Assembly: GCF_000008625.1 (NCBI RefSeq)
Contig: NC_000918.1
Span: forward strand, 990,001-1,022,000
Length of the DNA stretch: 32,000 nucleotides
Reading direction: 5' to 3'
Source of the DNA: Aquifex aeolicus VF5
GTDB lineage: Bacteria > Aquificota > Aquificia > Aquificales > Aquificaceae
Under the pieces are notes generated by a model. That model saw only the letters and a list, made by a program, of their open reading frames with translations. It had not been told where the DNA came from and ran no database searches. The first letter of the stretch is position 1. Every line of letters starts with the position of its first letter. Of this stretch, positions 9,497 to 16,933 are shown one piece after another. The translations under genes and the position numbers were made by a program.

Positions 9497-10227
9497 TTAT
9501 TCCAGTACTTTCCTCAAAAGGAGGAGTGGGTAAGACAACTATAGCCACAAATTTAGCCTACACACTTTCCAAGAAAGCAAAAACCGTTTTGATAGACACG
9601 GATCCCCAAAACGGAGTGGCTTCCGTTTTGTGCAAGCGTCACGATATCGGACTTGCGGACATACTACTCGAAGGAACAAATTACGGGGAAACCCTCCGGC
9701 AGGTAAGGGAAAACTTTTTTATAATACCTACGGGTGCAAAAGCTATAGAGAATGAGTTTTCCTTTAATGAAAGTTTTAAGTACGAAAATATTCAAAACCT
9801 CTGTCTTAAACTCGAATCAGAAGGAGGATTTGAGTTTATTCTTTTCGACACACCTCCGGGGTATACGGTTCAGTCAAACGTACTCATGAAGTTGGCAGAT
9901 GTAATTCTTGCGGTGTTCGAAGCTGAACCCGCTTCCTACGCTTCTTTCAAGGTGTTCGAAACGCATATGTTTACAAAGGAAAAAGAAATTAGGGAAAAGT
10001 TGTGGTTAATAATAAACAAAGTAAGGGCTTCGGAAATAAGCGAAGATTTTTCATTCATTTTCAGGTACGAGGCCGGAGGGAACATCCTCGCCTACCTTCC
10101 TTACGACGAAGCCGTGTCCGTAGCCTCGGGGGAGTGCCTGCTCGTTGAGGAGTACAAACCTGACTCTCCTTTTGTCAAGCTCATGTATGAATTAGTTGAG
10201 AAATTATTGACACTCCTTAAAAAATGA
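9493..10227 (+). CDS. ParA/MinD-family ATPase, BcsQ-like
   Basis: Deviant Walker A 'SSKGGVGKTTIATNLAYTL' and 'VLIDTDPQNGVAS' (BcsQ-type 'DPQN'). ATGA overlap with the barrel ORF. Confidence 0.85.
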   Translation: MIIPVLSSKGGVGKTTIATNLAYTLSKKAKTVLIDTDPQNGVASVLCKRHDIGLADILLEGTNYGETLRQVRENFFIIPTGAKAIENEFSFNESFKYENIQNLCLKLESEGGFEFILFDTPPGYTVQSNVLMKLADVILAVFEAEPASYASFKVFETHMFTKEKEIREKLWLIINKVRASEISEDFSFIFRYEAGGNILAYLPYDEAVSVASGECLLVEEYKPDSPFVKLMYELVEKLLTLLKK

Positions 10228-10894
10228 GTTTTAACCTCAAAACTTTGTTTCTGTAAGTAACGCTTGCGTAGTCTACCGCCTTTATACCCTTTACTTTTCC
10301 GTTTTTAAAGCCCTCAAGCTCGAGTACGTAGGTTATCTTATCCCTTTTGTAAACCCTGCACCTTACCGGAATAAATCCTTCTTTTTTGTTAAGGATGAGG
10401 GCGTAATTTACAGCGTCAGCAACGGAGTAAGGAAAGTAACTCTTAAAGGTTATTTCCCTTTTTGTGAGCTTTCCCTCAAAGGAAACAATGTCTTCGAAAA
10501 CTTTTTTAACAGCTTTACATATTAACTCCTTTTCATTTTTTCCGTGAAGTACCAACTCCTTTCCGTTAAAACTTTCCACTTTCTTTTTCACATTTCCTTT
10601 GTTTATACTTACTATCCTGTCCTCGATATAGTAACACGTTCTGAGGAATGCCCCAGGATAAACGCTTTTTACTTGAGAAAGGTACTCTTTAGCTTTGCTT
10701 TTATTTTCCCACAAACCGACTCTTACGGTGTAATAATCTCCTATCTTTTCTATCCGTGCATGAGGGTAATCTGCGAGTTTTCGGTAAGCCCTTTCAGCGG
10801 AACTAAGATCTCTCGAAGACAGAACCTGTATACAGTAATAAGCTTCCTTGGAAAAGGAAAAGACTATTATTAAGAGGAGAAGGATAACCCCCAT
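10217..10894 (-). CDS. Exported SPOR-like domain protein of unknown function
   Basis: Signal-like N-terminus, then 'YYCIQVLSSRDLSSAERAYRKLADYPHARIEKIGDYYTVRVGLWENKSKAKEYLSQVK'. The start overlaps the 3' end of bcsA. Confidence 0.65.
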   Translation of the reverse strand: MGVILLLLIIVFSFSKEAYYCIQVLSSRDLSSAERAYRKLADYPHARIEKIGDYYTVRVGLWENKSKAKEYLSQVKSVYPGAFLRTCYYIEDRIVSINKGNVKKKVESFNGKELVLHGKNEKELICKAVKKVFEDIVSFEGKLTKREITFKSYFPYSVADAVNYALILNKKEGFIPVRCRVYKRDKITYVLELEGFKNGKVKGIKAVDYASVTYRNKVLRLKLIF

Positions 10895-13149
10895 TTAATT
10901 CCCCTCCTTATGTAATTCCATACTGTATTTAGGATATCATTTTTGAAGTAGTTGTATATGGATATGTAAACCTGTCCGAAGTCACGTAAAATTTGTTTCG
11001 TAAGTACTACAAAACCCTCAAAGGGTGTTAATTCCCTTTCCCTTTCAAGGAGGATTACCCACCTGCTGCTTGGAGCGTAAACTATATCTACTATCTTACT
11101 TACAGTTTCCACATCTTCAGGTTTCCATTCAAACTTCATTCTGAGGATATTCCTGTCCTTTTCGTAGCGAACCACTTTCGGTTTTATGTACACCAGCTTA
11201 TTTTCTACATTCCTTATTACTCCTTTTACTTCTTCACCTTCCTTGAATTCTTCCTTTGGTTTAGTTTCAAGTTTTACCGCAAGTCCTCCGAGGGATATAT
11301 CAATCACCCTTCCCAGAAGGGTTTCAGAGTCCCTGTAAATTATTATCTGGTCGTTTGATGGTATTCTGTGGAATTTCCTTCTCTGCCTTCTTTCGTAAGA
11401 AACATAGAGTGCTACCGTCATAACAAAGAAGTTAAAAGTGTTCCACCACAAGGTAATCAGAACCGTTCCCCTCTCGTCGGGGTACTGTATCCACCTGTAT
11501 ATGCCGAATAAATAACCGAGCAGGATAAGGTGATACAGGATAAAGTAAGGTTTGTAAAAGGGACTGATATAGTCCCTGTCTAGGAGTTCGCCCTTTGGTG
11601 TAACCCTGAAGGTGGGGTTCTTGGGATTTAAAAGGGTAAGTATAGATGGAATAAAGATAAATATACCGAGTATGCTTTCGTATATCTCGGATATAAAAGG
11701 CCACCTAACCCTGCTGAATAAGTAGTAAAAGAGTAACAAGCTTGCAAGAAAGTGGGGTATGGGATAGGCTAGGACTTCAGCTAAAGAAGCGTCGTATATG
11801 TGAAGTCCGAAAAGGAGGTAAGCGAGGGGAGCTATAAGGAATATAGTCCTTGCAAGTCCGAAGAACCAGAAAAAGCTAGCGTTAAAGTAAGCGAGTTTTT
11901 GATACCACTTCAAGCCCTTTTTAAGTATAGGGTTTTTGAGTATGAATATCTGGATCATTCCCTGTGCCCACCTTATCCTTTGGACTATCATTCCCGACAG
12001 CGTTTCAGGGTTCAAACCGAATATTAAAGGTCTGTCGTAGTAAACACTTTCGTAGCCCCTAGAGTGTAACTCTAACGCTGTTTCTGCGTCCTCTGTAACT
12101 GTTGTTGTCTGTATTCCCCCCACTTCTTCAAGGTACTTTCTCCTCAAGAGTGCAGCTGAACCGCAGAAAAAGGAGGAATTCCACAGGTCAAAGCCCTTCT
12201 GAATGAGGAAGTAAAACATTTCGTTCTCTCCGGGCATCCTTCCGAAAACACCGAGGTTTTTCTCTATAGGGTCGGGATTGTAAAAGGTGTGAGGGGTCTG
12301 TACGAGAAATACTTTTGGGTTTTTAACGAAGAATCCCACAGTTTCTTTTAAAAAGTCCTTTGAAGGAACGTGATCTGCATCCAATATAAGGATAAGGTCT
12401 CCTTTTGTTTTCTTCAGGGCTTCGTTTATGTTACCTGCCTTTGCGTGTACGTTCTTCTCCCTTGTAAGGTAGTGTATATTTTTGTAACCGAGTTTCCTCA
12501 GTCTTTCTACAAAGGACTTTAATTCCTCAGCCCTCTTTCTGAAGTACTCCCTCCTTTCAGGATCGGGATCATTTAGTCTTTGTTTCGTTCCCCCGTCGTC
12601 GAGTATGTAAACGTTAAACTTATCCGAAGGATAGTCCATATTAATCGCAGCAAGTGCGGTAGTTTCTGGAATTTCGGGCGGTTCGTTGTAGGTAGGTATG
12701 AACACGTCAACCGTGGGCAAAGATTCCATATCCACTTTTATGGCTTTTCTATCTATAGGTCTTATAGAGAAGAAAATACCGAGAAGTGCTATTGTTACAC
12801 TGTAGAATTCTGCAAAGTAAAGGGCTGTTGAGAAGATAAAGTTCCACACGTTGTCCGTGTTTATAGTGTTGAAAGTTCTCCACCAGAAGTACCTCAGCAT
12901 TATAAAGACGAGCAGGTACACGGTAAGGTAATGGGTATAGCCGAAATTAAACCGTTTCCATACAATGAGAAAAGCTCCCGCAAGGAGTGTGGAGTAGGCT
13001 ATGTAAAATTGAAATTCTAAGGGAGAAGGGGCTACTATGACACTGAGGTAAGTGAGAAGTCCGAAAATAAAGGTGTACTTAAGAGCTTTTATAAATAAGT
13101 TTTCGTCTATGTGAAGGTTAAACTCGAATAAAGTAAAGCGCTCTGTCAT
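10870..13149 (-). CDS. bcsA: Cellulose synthase catalytic subunit-like GT2 with C-terminal PilZ domain (BcsA); ATG at 13149 preferred over the track's TTG at 13152
   Basis: 'DVFIPTYNEP', 'VYILDDGG', 'HVHAKAGNINEAL', 'LILDADHV', 'VTEDAETALELH', 'QRIRWAQGM' (D,D,D,QxxRW set), multiple TM helices, PilZ 'RRKFHR...DISLGG'. Confidence 0.95.
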   Translation of the reverse strand: MTERFTLFEFNLHIDENLFIKALKYTFIFGLLTYLSVIVAPSPLEFQFYIAYSTLLAGAFLIVWKRFNFGYTHYLTVYLLVFIMLRYFWWRTFNTINTDNVWNFIFSTALYFAEFYSVTIALLGIFFSIRPIDRKAIKVDMESLPTVDVFIPTYNEPPEIPETTALAAINMDYPSDKFNVYILDDGGTKQRLNDPDPERREYFRKRAEELKSFVERLRKLGYKNIHYLTREKNVHAKAGNINEALKKTKGDLILILDADHVPSKDFLKETVGFFVKNPKVFLVQTPHTFYNPDPIEKNLGVFGRMPGENEMFYFLIQKGFDLWNSSFFCGSAALLRRKYLEEVGGIQTTTVTEDAETALELHSRGYESVYYDRPLIFGLNPETLSGMIVQRIRWAQGMIQIFILKNPILKKGLKWYQKLAYFNASFFWFFGLARTIFLIAPLAYLLFGLHIYDASLAEVLAYPIPHFLASLLLFYYLFSRVRWPFISEIYESILGIFIFIPSILTLLNPKNPTFRVTPKGELLDRDYISPFYKPYFILYHLILLGYLFGIYRWIQYPDERGTVLITLWWNTFNFFVMTVALYVSYERRQRRKFHRIPSNDQIIIYRDSETLLGRVIDISLGGLAVKLETKPKEEFKEGEEVKGVIRNVENKLVYIKPKVVRYEKDRNILRMKFEWKPEDVETVSKIVDIVYAPSSRWVILLERERELTPFEGFVVLTKQILRDFGQVYISIYNYFKNDILNTVWNYIRRGIKWGLSFSS

Positions 13150-13328
13150 CAACTACTCCTATTTTTAAAGATATTTCTCAAGTCCTCTATAGTCAGAGTC
13201 CTTTTAAACTGCTTTTTTTCCGCTTCCCTTTTTTCTTCCTCCTCCTCTTGAACTATGTGGTTTACTATTTTCCACTTTTTAGCTAACCTTTTGAACCTCG
13301 CCTCGTCCCTGAAGGAGAAATCATCCAT
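13149..13328 (-). CDS. 59-aa charged small protein coupled to bcsA (not in the supplied ORF track)
   Basis: Hand translation: MDDFSFRDEARFKRLAKKWKIVNHIVQEEEEEKREAEKKQFKRTLTIEDLRNIFKNRSS*. Its TGA overlaps the bcsA ATG (TGATG), and it fills the otherwise empty gap before the divergent gene. Confidence 0.7.
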   Translation of the reverse strand: MDDFSFRDEARFKRLAKKWKIVNHIVQEEEEEKREAEKKQFKRTLTIEDLRNIFKNRSS

Positions 13329-13351
13329 AGGTTATAGAATAATATCTTAGA

Positions 13352-14191
13352 GTGGGAAAGTATAAGAACCTTTACATAGGATGCAGCGGCTTTTCATACA
13401 GGGACTGGAAGGGAACCTTTTACCCTTCTCACATACCGGAAAGTGAGATGATAATTTATTACGAACAATTTTTTAACGTGGTTGAAATTAACTACACCTA
13501 CTACACTATGCCTCATCCCTATACCTTCCAGAGTTTTTTGGAGAAAACGAAAAGGCTTAGGTTTGCGGTAAAGGCAAATCAGGTATTTACACACGAGAGA
13601 AACTACACAAAGGAAGATGTAAAGAAATTCATCGAAGGTATTAAGCCACTCCTTGAGGAAGAGGAGAGGTTCATAGCTATACTATTTCAGTTTCCCGAAA
13701 GCTTTCGCTACACCCCTGAAAACCTTGAATATATTAAAAGGCTTTCTCTGGACTTTGCGGGAATAGACAGAGTAATAGAGGTAAGGCACAGGAGTTTTGC
13801 AAACAGGGAATTTTACGAGTTCGTTGAGGAAGTGGGCTTTTCCACCCTCGTCAACGTGGACGCTCCGAAGGTAAAGGGACTTTTGATAGGACCGTGGGTA
13901 TCCGTGGGAACGATAAATTACGTAAGACTTCACGGTAGGAATAAAGAAAAGTGGCACGCACACAAGGAGGCTTACGAGAGGTACGACTACCTTTACTCGA
14001 TAGAAGAGTTAGAGGAAATTAAAGAAAAGATATTGAGGATTTACGAGGGAAAAGATACTTACGTGTTTTTCAACAACCACTACAGGGGCAAAGGAGCCCT
14101 CAACGCCCTTCAGTTAAAAGAGCTCTTCGGTGAGGAAGTTAAAATACCAAAGGGACTTCTTTCCACTTTTGCACCTAAATTATGGGAGTAA
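13352..14191 (+). CDS. DUF72 (YecE-like) family protein
   Basis: 'LYIGCSGFSYRDWKGTFYPSHIPESEMIIYYEQFFNVVEINYTYYTMP' and 'YVRLHGRNKEKWH' are DUF72 signatures. GTG start. Confidence 0.88.
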   Translation: MGKYKNLYIGCSGFSYRDWKGTFYPSHIPESEMIIYYEQFFNVVEINYTYYTMPHPYTFQSFLEKTKRLRFAVKANQVFTHERNYTKEDVKKFIEGIKPLLEEEERFIAILFQFPESFRYTPENLEYIKRLSLDFAGIDRVIEVRHRSFANREFYEFVEEVGFSTLVNVDAPKVKGLLIGPWVSVGTINYVRLHGRNKEKWHAHKEAYERYDYLYSIEELEEIKEKILRIYEGKDTYVFFNNHYRGKGALNALQLKELFGEEVKIPKGLLSTFAPKLWE

Positions 14192-14204
14192 TTGGAGGTG
14201 TGGT

Positions 14205-14525
14205 ATGGACAGGATAGCTTACTTCAAGAGTTTACTTGAGAAAAATCCGGACAACCCTATGGTTCACTATTCCCTAGGACTTGAGTACTTCAAAGTGAAG
14301 GATTACGAAAATGCCATAAAGCACCTTGAGAGGTACTTAGAACTTCAGGAAGACGAAGGTGCGGCTTACAGAACTTTGGCAAAGTGCTACGAGGAACTTG
14401 GAGAGTTCCAGAAGGCTATAGAAGTTCTGGAAGAAGGAATAAGACAGGCGATGAAGTACAATCACCCCTCCATGGCTCAGGAGTATCAGCAGTGGATTGA
14501 GGAGTTAAAGGGAATGGCTTTCTAG
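14205..14525 (+). CDS. Small TPR-repeat protein (start trimmed from 14130)
   Basis: '[63 protein letters not shown]' contains TPRs. Confidence 0.8.
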   Translation: MDRIAYFKSLLEKNPDNPMVHYSLGLEYFKVKDYENAIKHLERYLELQEDEGAAYRTLAKCYEELGEFQKAIEVLEEGIRQAMKYNHPSMAQEYQQWIEELKGMAF

Positions 14526-15826
14526 TCAGTCAGTTCTCCGTGCAGGTACTTGTCGTAAGCGGATAGGTCAAAGTATCCGTGTCCTGAGAGGTTAAAGAGT
14601 ATCACTTTTTCTTCACCGGTTTCCTTGCACTTTAGCGCTTCGTCTATGGCTGCTTTAATTGCATGGGCGGACTCGGGTGCGGGAACTATGCCTTCCGTTC
14701 TCGCAAACGTTACAGCTGCTTCAAAAACTTCCGTCTGCTTATACGCCACGGCGTCTATGTATCCCAAATTGTATAGTTTACAAACTAAGGGGGCGTCTCC
14801 GTGGTACCTCAGGCCTCCGGCGTGTATAGGCGAAGGAACGAAGTCGTGACCTAGTGTGTACATCTTTATTAAAGGCGTCAGTCCTACACTGTCTCCGAAG
14901 TCGTACTTGTACTCCCCCTTCGTCAAAGTGGGGCAAGCTTCGGGCTCAACCGCCAGAACCTTTAAGTCTTCCTTCCTCTTGTCTCCCCTCAGTACGTCCG
15001 CCAAAAATGGAAAGGAAAGTCCTGCAAAATTACTCCCTCCGCCCACGGCTCCGATAATAACATCGGGGTAGTAGCCGGCTTCTTCCATCTGCTTTTTGGC
15101 CTCAAGACCTATCACCGTCTGGTGGAGCAGGACGTGGTTAAGTACGCTCCCGAGGGAGTACTTTGTATCCTCCCTGCTTGCGGCTTCCTCTATTGCTTCG
15201 CTTATCGCTATTCCCAAACTGCCCGGATGTTCTGGGTTTTCTTCGTAGTACTTCCTTCCCGCGTTTGTGTAAGGACTTGGGGAAGGTATCACTTCTCCTT
15301 TCCAAGTTTCCATAAGTATCCTTCTGTAAGGTTTCTGGTTGTAACTCACGCGAACCATGTAAACCCTGCACTGAAGATCAAAGAACTGCGTTGCGAAGGA
15401 AAGAGCACTGCCCCACTGTCCCGCTCCCGTTTCCGTAGTAAGTCTCTTTACTCCTGATATCTTGTTGTAATAAGCCTGTGCCACTGCAGTATTGGGCTTG
15501 TGACTGCCGGGAGGGGATACACTTTCGTTTTTATAGAAAATCTTTGCAGGCGTGCCGAGAAATTCTTCAAGGTTCTTAGCTCTGTGCAGGGGCGTAGGAC
15601 GCCAGAGAGAGTATATATCGAGAACCTCTTCGGGAATATCAATCCACTCCTTGTCTGAGACCTCCTGCTCTACGAGCGGTTCGGGAAATATAGCGAGTAG
15701 TTTTTCCGGCTTTACGGGTTCCATAGTTTCTGGATCTAACGGGGGTTCAAGGGGTTCGGGGAGTAGCGGGAGGATATTTAACCACTTTTTAGGGATTTCT
15801 CCCTCCGAAAGAAGAAATTTTCTCAT
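14522..15826 (-). CDS. trpB2: Tryptophan synthase beta chain, TrpB2 type (434 aa)
   Basis: '[45 protein letters not shown]', '[13 protein letters not shown]' and '[16 protein letters not shown]', with the long TrpB2-type N-terminal extension. Confidence 0.93.
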   Translation of the reverse strand: MRKFLLSEGEIPKKWLNILPLLPEPLEPPLDPETMEPVKPEKLLAIFPEPLVEQEVSDKEWIDIPEEVLDIYSLWRPTPLHRAKNLEEFLGTPAKIFYKNESVSPPGSHKPNTAVAQAYYNKISGVKRLTTETGAGQWGSALSFATQFFDLQCRVYMVRVSYNQKPYRRILMETWKGEVIPSPSPYTNAGRKYYEENPEHPGSLGIAISEAIEEAASREDTKYSLGSVLNHVLLHQTVIGLEAKKQMEEAGYYPDVIIGAVGGGSNFAGLSFPFLADVLRGDKRKEDLKVLAVEPEACPTLTKGEYKYDFGDSVGLTPLIKMYTLGHDFVPSPIHAGGLRYHGDAPLVCKLYNLGYIDAVAYKQTEVFEAAVTFARTEGIVPAPESAHAIKAAIDEALKCKETGEEKVILFNLSGHGYFDLSAYDKYLHGELTD

Positions 15827-15830
15827 AATA

Positions 15831-16916
15831 TTAATTTAGCTTAACGTAATCCCTATCCCTTTTCCATCCGCCGAAGTAATATAGAACCTTTTCCTCCGGA
15901 AGCTTTTCCTTCGCACAATTCAGGGCGTAATTCACGTCAAAGGGCATCATGTCCGTCCCGAAAATGAGAGGTGCCCCTATCTTATCCACAAGGTCTATCG
16001 GGTTAATCCTTTTCGTTCTCTCCTCACCGAGGGCTTCTAAATAAATTTCCCTATAGTAGCAGGTGAAGTTTGGTTGCATGCAGAGGAGCAAGTTGAGCTC
16101 TTTTACTCTCCTTATCTGGTCCTCACTTATTAGTTCCGCGTGTTCTATACGGTGGTACTTGAGCTTTGGCTCAAGTTTTTCAAAAGCCTTTATGGCGACC
16201 TCTATCGCTCCGTCCCCTATGGCGTGAAGGGAAGCCCTTAGGTTCAAACTCTCCAGTTCCTTCAAGATTTTTAAGAGTTTCTCTTCAGAGATTAAAAGTT
16301 TTCCTTTTGTTTTAGTATCTCTGTAGGGCTCCTTCAGGTGAGCGGTTCTGGCGGAAATAGAGCCGTCAAGGTAAACCTTCACCCAACCAAGTTGGAGTTT
16401 CTCACTTTCCCCTTTTTGTTCAAATAGTTTTAAAACACTTTTTAAACTCTCGTAGTAGGGCATAAGGACCACGTTTATCGGAAGCTCTTCGGAGAAGTAA
16501 ATCCTTGCAACTTCCTCGTCAACGTAGTCGTGAACCTCTGAAATTCCCATCTCCTTTGCCTTTTTAAGGGCATTCCTTATTGCTTTTCTCAGGGCTTCAC
16601 CCTTTGGTTTTAACTTGTTTGCCGCTTCCCAGAGTTCGTGTTCCACAAGGAAATAGCCCTCTTTATTCAGGAGTTTCTTCATATGTTTGTTCAAAATCCC
16701 TTTGTGTCCGTCCTTGTAGATTAGGAGAAGAGGGAAGTTAACGGTGTTTAAATCTTCGGGCGTAATTCCCAGACCGTAATCAAGTCCGTAGGCAACCAGA
16801 TAATCCCTTTTTAGGGATTTCAAAAACTTTAAGAGCTCTTCCTTTTTCTTGAATTCGTGAAAAGGGACCTCAGATATGGCGAAGAGCTCCAGGTGCGTGT
16901 GGGCGTCTACGAGCAT
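15831..16916 (-). CDS. Amidohydrolase family (YtcJ-like) metal-dependent hydrolase, short N-terminus
   Basis: '[11 protein letters not shown]', '[15 protein letters not shown]', '[17 protein letters not shown]', 'HRIEHAELI' and 'GTDMMPFD'. Confidence 0.78.
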   Translation of the reverse strand: MLVDAHTHLELFAISEVPFHEFKKKEELLKFLKSLKRDYLVAYGLDYGLGITPEDLNTVNFPLLLIYKDGHKGILNKHMKKLLNKEGYFLVEHELWEAANKLKPKGEALRKAIRNALKKAKEMGISEVHDYVDEEVARIYFSEELPINVVLMPYYESLKSVLKLFEQKGESEKLQLGWVKVYLDGSISARTAHLKEPYRDTKTKGKLLISEEKLLKILKELESLNLRASLHAIGDGAIEVAIKAFEKLEPKLKYHRIEHAELISEDQIRRVKELNLLLCMQPNFTCYYREIYLEALGEERTKRINPIDLVDKIGAPLIFGTDMMPFDVNYALNCAKEKLPEEKVLYYFGGWKRDRDYVKLN

Positions 16917-16933
16917 AATTTAAAATTTTCTTT

